Origin: the human T2T-CHM13v2.0 reference genome, Homo sapiens
Strand: one strand, 5' to 3'
Assembly (NCBI RefSeq): GCF_009914755.1
Contig: NC_060936.1
DNA: 64,000 bases
Below are positions 54,965-64,000 of the stretch, one piece after another. Position 1 is the first letter of the stretch. Each line of letters begins with the position of its first letter. A program made the position numbers and the translations under genes. The notes beneath the pieces were generated by a model. That model worked only from the letters and a program-made list of their open reading frames with translations. It searched no databases and was not told where the DNA came from.

Positions 54965-55485
54965 TTTGTGTCTTTACTTAGAGTTGAGAAGATCATACTG
55001 CCCAACATTCATCCTCCCTTTATTTGGAAACAGTGCCAGAACTTGCTTTGGGGGACCATGTTTCATCATCTATCAGACTGCGTGATTAGATGGCCTCTCT
55101 TCCCAACTCCAGGATTGGAGCTTATGATCCAAGACTGGCCAGTCAATAGCACTGTTGCTCCCTGAATTATAGTTATTAACTCACAAATATGCACTTGCCT
55201 CAAATTGATCCATTAAGAATGAATTCTGGGACTTTGGTGAGAATCACCAGGAAGAAACATAGAGTTTTCCTCTCAACTTGCATCTGGGAATATGTGTCCC
55301 TGGAGTCCGAAGTTAAAAGAAGGAAAGGCAAAACTAGGCATCAAGGATCTCGATAACAACACTCAAGTCCCTAAATCAAGTCACACTTGAAGTTAGCCTA
55401 CTCCTAAGCTTTTCAATTGCCTGAACAAATAAATTTCTCTTGTTGCTTAAGCAAGATTGAATTAGATTTTTTTTTCCTGTCACTT
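54965..55485 (+). mobile_element. Old MaLR/ERVL-type LTR
   Basis: caagactggccagtca...aataaatttctcttgttgcttaagc...ttttcctgtcactt. Confidence 0.55.
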
Positions 55486-55494
55486 AAAGCCACT

Positions 55495-55722
55495 GCCAAC
55501 ATGGCGAAGCCCTGTCTCTACTAAAAATACAAAAATTAGCTGGGTGTGGTGGCGGGTGCCTGTAATCCCAGCTACTCAGGGAGGCTGAAGGATGAGAATT
55601 GCTTGAACGCTTGAACTCGGGAGGCAGAGGTTGCAGTGAGCCAAGATCGCGCCACTGCACTCCAGCCTGGACAACAGAGTAAGACTCCATCTCAAAAAAT
55701 AAAATAAAAATAAAATAAAAAA
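55495..55722 (+). mobile_element. 5'-truncated AluS
   Basis: Starts gccaacatggcgaagccctgtctctact; internal gcttgaac duplication; (TAAAA)n tail. Confidence 0.93.
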
Positions 55723-58700
55723 AGAAAATTATCATTTTAATTATTTAGCTGCCTGGTGGAGATGATGTGGTGGATGGGGCAGATAAACATTCTGAGCTGA
55801 GGTTGTATGCCAGGGACATTTGGATTTTATTTCATGAAAGTGTAAATTATTTCATCCTTTGGCCAGAATGCCATCACTACCATGGAATTTGTACCATGCC
55901 ACAAAGTTCCATGGAGGGTAGGAGTGGGCAGGAATCCGATGTTTTCCTTCAAGAAGATAGGGCAACCCGACCAATCTCCAGAAAATACATTGATTGTGGG
56001 GAGTGGGGGATGAAAAGAATTGGAGGAAGGAATAGGAAGGTCCCTAGGTGATGTTGGGCAAAGCTACTGGAGGCAGCTAACCTGCGTAAGTGAAAGGACA
56101 ATGGGGCCATTTAGGGCGGAGACTGGGGCAAGAGAGAGCTGGTCAGGAATGCAGGGAAGTGGCAGGGGAAAGAACACTTTCCAGATTGCATTCCCTAGAG
56201 GTTCTCCTTCCTTGAGTTATCCTGGACTTTCTTCACAAAAATAGGAATTAGTATCTGGTGGAAGTGATTATATTTGCCTAAGGCTGTGCTATACTAAAAT
56301 AATATAGGGTGAAGATTTCATAATATTCCCACTTCAGTCATCACCTCACAACTTTACATTTCAATGTCTGACCTTGGGACAGCCCCTTCCAGTATCACAT
56401 TAAGAATATTTAAAAGAAACAGGGAAGCCCACCAGTAAGTTAGCATCTCCAAAAGAATAGTAGTTGTCAGCCCAGGAGGTTCTATATTTTCAGCGGCAAT
56501 TTAACACCTTGTCTAAAATTTTCAAGCACTTGAAAAATTCTTGTTTTACTCTTTACCAAGGTTTCACTAATTCTTTCCCCTTAACAGATTAAAAAAATGG
56601 CTTATAGGTTGGAAGATTCCTTTTGCATTATGTTAATAAAATAACACTTGACATGTTTAATACTAATTATATCAATGGGTTGAAGTAATAAGTGAAATAA
56701 AACCCAGTGAAACTTGTTTTTAAAAACATAAATAAGTAAATGAAGAGCCTACAAAGATATTAATGGTTTCCTTGGTCTTAAATTTTCAAGTGTTATTCAA
56801 AGCTCTTTGGGGACTGTAACCATGGAAGCCTATAGAGTTACTGTTACTTGTATTTGGCAAGATTCTCCATGTCAATTGTACAGTAAAGGCTCAACAAGAA
56901 AGAGAAATCCAAGGGAAAAAAATTGGCAGAAACAGAAGCAAATTATCCTGGTTTCATGTACAGGCTTTATGTACATGACTCAGAGAGGTATGAGGGACAG
57001 CCATCACACTGAATAAATATAAGAGGTGAGTTTTTGGAAGAAATTCAGATTATTTTTTATTTAAGGGAGTTAACTCAATTTAGCTTGAAAGAGTATTTAT
57101 GTACATTAAAAGATCAGATATATGATCATGTTTTAGGAAAAATTTAAAGATTCTAAATATGGCATTACTTATAAGTATATAGTATGTGTGTTCATACCTA
57201 CAAACATATCTGAAATTCTGATGAAGAAAATGTGGTTTATACTTTTAACATCAGTTCTAAAATTCACTTAGGAAAGTTCTTAGGAACTCCTAGAGATAAA
57301 AACATTAATAAATAAAGCCTAATTTTCATGAATGCTTATACTCAAGGGCTATTCAGCCTGAATTACACAACACATTTTGAGCTTTGTAACTCTTAGAGTG
57401 CATATAATTTTTAATTGACTTTTCCTTGGCAATGTCAGTATGTTTGTATTATATTCATGGGACTCCCTCTGGTGTATAACTTAACACATGAAAATTCTTG
57501 TTTTACTCTTTACCAGGGTTTTCTTGCAGCCTGATGGATAAGGTGTCTAATTATGAAGTACTGTGGAAAGCTCTGGATCAAATCATATGTTTTTATTGAA
57601 AATGAGGTCATGTTGGGTTGTGTGATATAACTAAATAATCAGTTAACCATTTATCCAAGCCAAACACAGAGTAATTAGGTTTGGTAAGATGGCTTCCTCC
57701 TTAAGATCCATAACTCAGGCCTGGTGGTTTGGGAACAATATGGATAGAAATTGTGTATGTTTTTCTTGGACATTTCAGTGATGGTATTTTCTAACTAAAC
57801 TGTTTTTTAGATAGAATTTAATTTTACATTCATTTTTACTTTATGTGGCATTTGCTAAAAGAACATTTGCTAAATAATTATCTAAAATTATGTGGTCCCA
57901 AAATTTATTACTCAAGTAATAGAAGTCACAGGTAAACAACGACTTGGGAATTTCTGGATAATAATTTAAACAGTGATACCTTTAATCATCCATTATAATA
58001 TTTTTGATAGTAGATTTTTAGATAGATCATGGAAGTATACATTTCAAATATATTGTTACATTTCCCCCAAAAAACATTGAAATGCTCTAGTTTTAATACT
58101 CTGCCAGTTCCAAATGCTTGTGATTCTTGTGTACTTATGTCTAGTGCTTGCATTTTATGCTGATGGAAAATGACACAGATGCTATATTTAAGTTCATTTG
58201 TTTGAATTTTGTCAAAACAACAAACTTAGATCAGTCAAAAGCTTTACATCCAAATAATGTGTAATTTTTAACTTTTTAAGGTGGGTACTTTGGCATAAAT
58301 TCTTAAAATATAAGATTATTACACTAAAGAATTAGTATTCTCTTGTTTCTCTTCTTGGGATTATAACTGTACCTTCTATGAAGATACTGAAATTTGCTGT
58401 GTATTTCATAGCAAATATGGTGGATGACCATGAAAAACTGTTTTATAATTTAGCTTAGGCCTACTAGATAGTTTTTACATTCAACATTTATGCCTCAAAG
58501 GAGTATTGTAGTGTACCATTGTAGAATTTCCATATTCATCCTAGGTTTACTACTGATATGACTTCAAAAATGTGATATTGTCAAAACTGTGCCAGCTGTG
58601 AAATTAAAATTGGGCATCCATGAACAGCTGTATTGAATAGCTTGACATCTGTGAAATCAAAAGTGTATTTCGAATTCAACTTTCAAACCACAGAATTCAA

Positions 58701-60125
58701 GTAAGCAAAAACTGACCATGTGTTAAAAACACTTGAAACTCTTCCTCTTGTAACTGTTTATCTACATTTTAAAAACTCTGTTTACATTGTAGTAACAGCT
58801 GTGTTTAAAAGGGACATGACAGAGCAGACTAATTTATAATGCAAAACTCTATTCTAAAAAAAAACTTCTGTTTGAAAAAACACTTCAAAAGAGGGCAAAA
58901 ATGATTAAAATAGACACAACCATTTGTTTAAACTATGACTTTCTCAAGAAAAAACAGCCTAATGTAAACTGGCCTATGCATGTTCCAAGCAGCTGTTCTG
59001 TGTAATGCCTCTACAAAACCTTTTCCTTTGGGGGATGGGCAGAAAGAAAATGAGAAACTGACCATAGCAAAAGGTCATTGCCATTTGAGAAACTGCACAA
59101 ATCTAAGGATGAACTATTAACTGTTTTTGAATTGTGCCAAGTTCATTAAATTAAAAACTGAGGAAGCAGAGCCAGTGACCAGTGATCTTACAATGGAAAA
59201 GTGGAAAAGTCATTCCTGACCATTCATTGGGTTTCTATAAGAAAACCACAAAACTGTTCAATAAGAAAAAATGTACAAATAAATAAGTCAGTTTGTCTAT
59301 GCTGTACCATATATTAGCAGATCTTTCCTTTTACTCCTTTTTTCTAAAAAAGTTATCATTGTTTAGGCATTTGTAGACATGACACTAATGCCTCTTTTAC
59401 TCCATTCCAGTCGGTTTCTGTTGGTGTTTGATGCTGTTGACATCTCTCTTTTATAAAATCCTTTCTTCCTTTGGTTCCCATGATACTATTCTGTCATCCT
59501 ACCTCTGGACCACCTCTAGAGCTCTAGATACAGCACATTTTCCTGTATGTTTTCTAAATATTCCCTTAAGTCCTGTCTTTAAACTATCTTTTCTACTCAG
59601 ATGCTGCAAAATGATCTCATGGGTCTCAAAGAGGCAAGAAAGCAGAGTTACTGATGTCTCAGCCTGGCCTTTGAGGCAGCCACCCATTTCTCAGATTCTC
59701 AGGAATTAGTTGAGAGAGCCACACTGAAGAAACCTGTGTGGACCAATGACCAAGGACCAGAGAGGAACTAGGATGCTACATCAGACACCAGCATGGCCTG
59801 GCAGCACCAGAACCCTTCCTTCCCACTCACATACACCAAGCTTGAAAATGTAGGCACGACCCTAAAGAGAACAGAATGGAATCCTAAACAGATTAAGATC
59901 GACTTTTCACTGCCCAACAGTATAAGGGCCGAACATAGAAATTAAACTCTGTTCAAGAAATATGACAATAGGTCCATTTCACATGTTACTGTGTGAAATA
60001 ATTTTCCAGCCTTTCCTAGCACAATGCCCACAACATACTTGGACTTCAAAAAATGTGTTTTTCTTATTTCTATGGAGGGTCACAAGACTTTCATGCAGCA
60101 TTATCTGATGAGTTAAATTGAATGG

Positions 60126-60610
60126 ATTTCATTCATTCATTCATTCATTCACTTGCTCATGTAACAAAGATATTTTGAACACTTATTCTGTGCCAGGCAA
60201 TATTCTAGGCACTAAAAATACAATAACAAGCAAATGAAGTTCCAGTCCTTTAGAGACAGAGACAGCTGAAAAAATAAAGAAGGAAGGAAGGAAGGAAGGA
60301 GGGAGGGAGGGAGGGAGGGAGAAATAATAGAAGGACGGGAGAGAGGGAAGAAAAAGAAAGAATGAGAAAGAGAAAGAAAGAAAAAATCAGTAATGACAAA
60401 ATATAAGGAATAAAACAAAGCAGAATATTAGAAAATGATGAGGAGAAGGGCTGGGAGTGGGTCTGCTCTTTCTGACAGAGTGGTCAGGAAGCCCTCTCTG
60501 AGTAGATGAAATTAATGCAGAGCTTGGCATGATATTAGTGAACGCAACTTAGAGCTCTGTGAAAAGAACACTCCAGACTGGGGAGCCAGTAGGGCACAAA
60601 CCCTTGAGAA
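60126..60610 (-). mobile_element. L2 3' end with (TTCA)n and internal purine repeat
   Basis: ttcattcattc...ttgaacacttattctgtgccaggc...gtggtcaggaagccctctctgag. Confidence 0.8.
60275..60387. repeat. (GGAA)n/(GGGA)n purine-rich tract
   Basis: Direct reading. Confidence 0.9.
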
Positions 60611-61397
60611 GTCTTCCAAATCAGTATTCTCTAAATGCATAACTCAAGTTAGAGTATATGGGAAGAAGTCTGTAATCTTAATGTAAATCCTAACCATTCC
60701 TTGGGTTTCATTTATATAACAGCCAAAATATATTTTGGAAGAGGAAAATATTGGAATCATTCAAAGATGAAAGTAATGATCTCCTGTTGTTAAGTTGTCC
60801 TAAACGCATGTGTTAAAATAGAAAATAAACATCTATATAATGCTGATGTGTGTCCGTGTCTATATTTGCATCATCTATATTTACATCTGAATATGCTATA
60901 TACTCTAAATATATCTGTACCTACATCCATCTGTCTTGTCTATCTGTCACTATACAGCTGGATATGCAATATAATCATTTTGCTACTAAGGCCTCAAATC
61001 TGATTAACTTATTCCTGAATGATGAGAACTGCCCTCCTGGGCAACTCCTGATAAGTAGAATAGATAACTATGTTCCTACAACATGCATATCTATATCTGT
61101 ATTTCACTATGCTTAAAATTGTATTATGTACACATGAGGCTTCAGCTTAAGCTCTTCCAGGTTATAGCTTTGGAAAACAACTGAATAAAGCATCTTCAGC
61201 AAGAAGATGATTCTACACATAAAGCACAATTGGGGGCGAACTATTTTTGTTATTATCATGTAAAGAGATATCAGAAAGAGCTCCCTTGAAAGATATACTA
61301 TTAATTTAAAATAGCATACAATCTTACTTTATTATTTGGAAAAAATGTAAAAATGTTTCCACTGCTGTGCAAAGTTTTCTTAAGATATCCCCCTTGG

Positions 61398-62228
61398 GAC
61401 ATGAACAGACACTTCTCAGAAGAAGACATTCATGCAGCTAATGAACATGGAAAAAAGCACAACATCACTGATCATTAGAGAAATGCAAATCAAAACCACA
61501 ATGAGATGCCATCTCACACCAGTCAGAATGGCAGTTATTAAAAAGTCAAGAAACAACAAATGCTGGAGAAGTTGTGGAGAAAAAGGAATGCTTTTACACT
61601 GTCGGTGGGAATGTAAATTAGTTCAACCATTGTGGAAGACAGTGTGGTGATTCCTCAAATACCTAGAACCAGAAATACCATTTAACCTAGCCATCCCATT
61701 ACTGGGTATATACCAAAAGAAATTTAAAACATTCTATTATAAAGATACATGAACGCATATGTTCATTGCAGCACTACTCACAATAGCAAAGATATGGAAT
61801 CAACCCAATGCTCATTAATGACAGACTGGATAAAGAAAATGTGGTATGTATACACTATGGAATACTATGCAGCCTTGAAAAGGAATAAGATTTGTCCTTG
61901 GCAGGAAAATAGATGGAGCTGGAAGCCGTTATCCTCAGCAAACTAACGCAGGAAGAGAAAACCAAACACCACATGTTCTCACTTATAAGTGGAAGCTGAA
62001 CGATGAGAACACATGGATGCAGGGAGGGGAACAACACACACTGGGGCCTGTTGAGGCTAGAGGGAGGGAGAACATCAGGAAGAAAAGCTAATGGATGCTG
62101 GACTTAACACCTAGGTGATGGGTTGATCTGCGCAGCAAACCACCACGGCACACGTTTACCTATGTAACAAACTTCTGCATCCTGCACATGTACTCTGGAA
62201 CTTAAAATAAAAGTTGACAAAAAAAAAA
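61398..62228 (+). mobile_element. 5'-truncated L1PA (~PA8-PA11-like)
   Basis: ORF2 remnant ([20 protein letters not shown]...[12 protein letters not shown]), 3'UTR and A tail. Confidence 0.93.
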
Positions 62229-62552
62229 TTCGCGCTTGGAAAGGGCCACCCCATCCCTTAAGCAGAAATTAAAGATGGGTTACCCAGTGTCAATGTCAGG
62301 GTAGCTGACGTGTTCTGGTGGAATCAAAGGGCAAGAAAAGAGAGCCAAATCTCAGGGATAGCTTGACTGCCGTGCCAACACCAGTGTAATAACAAAGACA
62401 CACAAAGATAAGGTCATGTCTACAAATTTGTACTCTTTCAGGAATAAAACAAAGAAAACTGATATTTATAAATATATTTATTCTGCGTAAATTTTACTCC
62501 CATGAACTAATAGAAATTTGGAAGTTAGCAGCAACAAATCATTTCTACTTTA

Positions 62553-62858
<306 letters not shown>

Positions 62859-63439
62859 AATAATAGCAGGAAAAAAGAATTATTAAAGATGGACATTTCT
62901 CAAGGGATGTGTCAGTCCATGAATTAATCTTTTCTATAGCATACAGCATTACCCCAGGAAATGTTAAATTGCATGGGAGAAGATATTTAAATAATTTTAC
63001 ATTTTCAAATATTTTTCAATTCCATACTTTCCCAGATATAGTAGAATTTGTTCTTTAGAACAGCATTTGTATTTGGTATAAAAGCAGGATTGTTATTTTT
63101 TTTTAAAGGGTAGGAGGATCACATGATTTTTGGAAAAAGTTGTACTAGTTTTCTTACTACGAGACTTCTCAGAAACTTTAATATTCTAATGTACATGGTA
63201 ACTCTAAGAGAGGAGTATTGGATGAGGCATTTGCCAAACATGTTTGCCCACTGAGCTTTCTTTTCCCACAGCAACCTGCTAGTCTACTATCTGTGTAACA
63301 TACTATGGGAAACGCTTCCTTAGCATAACGTCTTATTTTTCATAAATCTACATGGAATAAAATAATGTATAGCTTTTCTGATAATGGTTTTAAAACTACT
63401 TAAAGTACAGTTATAAAAAATACAAGAAAATGCACCTAT

Positions 63440-63580
63440 ATTTATTCATTCATTTATTCTACAAATACCTATTAAGTACTTACTATGTGCCAGGCACTTT
63501 TATAAATATCATCATCATAGCAGTGAACAAAACAGGCAAAGTCCCTATTCTCAGGGAGGTTACTTTCTAGTGGGAAATAA
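63440..63580 (-). mobile_element. L2 3' end
   Basis: attcattcatttattc...tactatgtgccaggcact...cagtgaacaaaacaggcaaagtccct. Confidence 0.8.
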
Positions 63581-63639
63581 ATAATAAATACACATATGCA
63601 CGTATATATGTATACATATATGTGCATGTTTGAATTTTC

Positions 63640-64000
63640 TCTAATATGGTGATATTACATCTATACATTCAATGCAATTATAATCAACATCCAACAGGAT
63701 TTTTTCTGAAACTTAACAAACTGATCCTAAATTTTACCTAGAACAAACAGCCAGAAGCACAGTGATTTTCAAGAGTAAGGAACTTTTTGGAAAACAATAA
63801 GAAGTTACATAGTTATTAGTACAGGGATAAATAACTAAATTAATGAGACAAAGCAAGGAGTCCAGAAACAAACACATGCCTACATGGAGACTTGTTGAAA
63901 TGGCACTAAAGATCAATGCCAAGTGATGAATTAGTTAACAAGTAGTACTGAGACAACTGGTATTTCAAATGAAAAAATAAAGTATATCCCTGCTGAACAT
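63640..64000 (+). mobile_element. Ancient L1M ORF2 remnant
   Basis: tctatacattcaatgcaat...acaaactgatcctaaatttta...gagtccagaaacaaac...gacaactgg. Confidence 0.75.

Overview
Primate (very likely human) non-coding genomic DNA, dense with Alu, L1, L2, MIR, LTR and DNA-transposon relics. I find no intact protein-coding gene, RNA gene or CRISPR-like array, and essentially all listed ORFs are chance frames in repeats. The one gene-derived feature is a full-length minus-strand processed pseudogene of PCNP (~27776-29968). It keeps the 5' leader, a disabled CDS, the ~1.7 kb 3'UTR, AATAAA and poly(A), and it was copied from an mRNA that precisely lacks one 56-nt coding segment (probable exon skip). It sits inside an LTR fragment that itself ends just after its poly(A) signal in an A-rich tail. 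Other notable items: a ~60-bp TSD-flanked, poly(A)-tailed insert of unknown origin inside an MLT1 LTR; nested insertion series with readable TSDs; a HERV-E-type LTR2/LTR2B solo LTR; compact AP-1/TEAD/RBPJ/ETS/nuclear-receptor motif clusters in repeat-poor DNA; and an unexplained 31-bp direct repeat 957 bp apart. I see no evidence of a new multi-component biological system. Repeat family names come from my recall of consensus sequences, and boundaries without TSDs are approximate.
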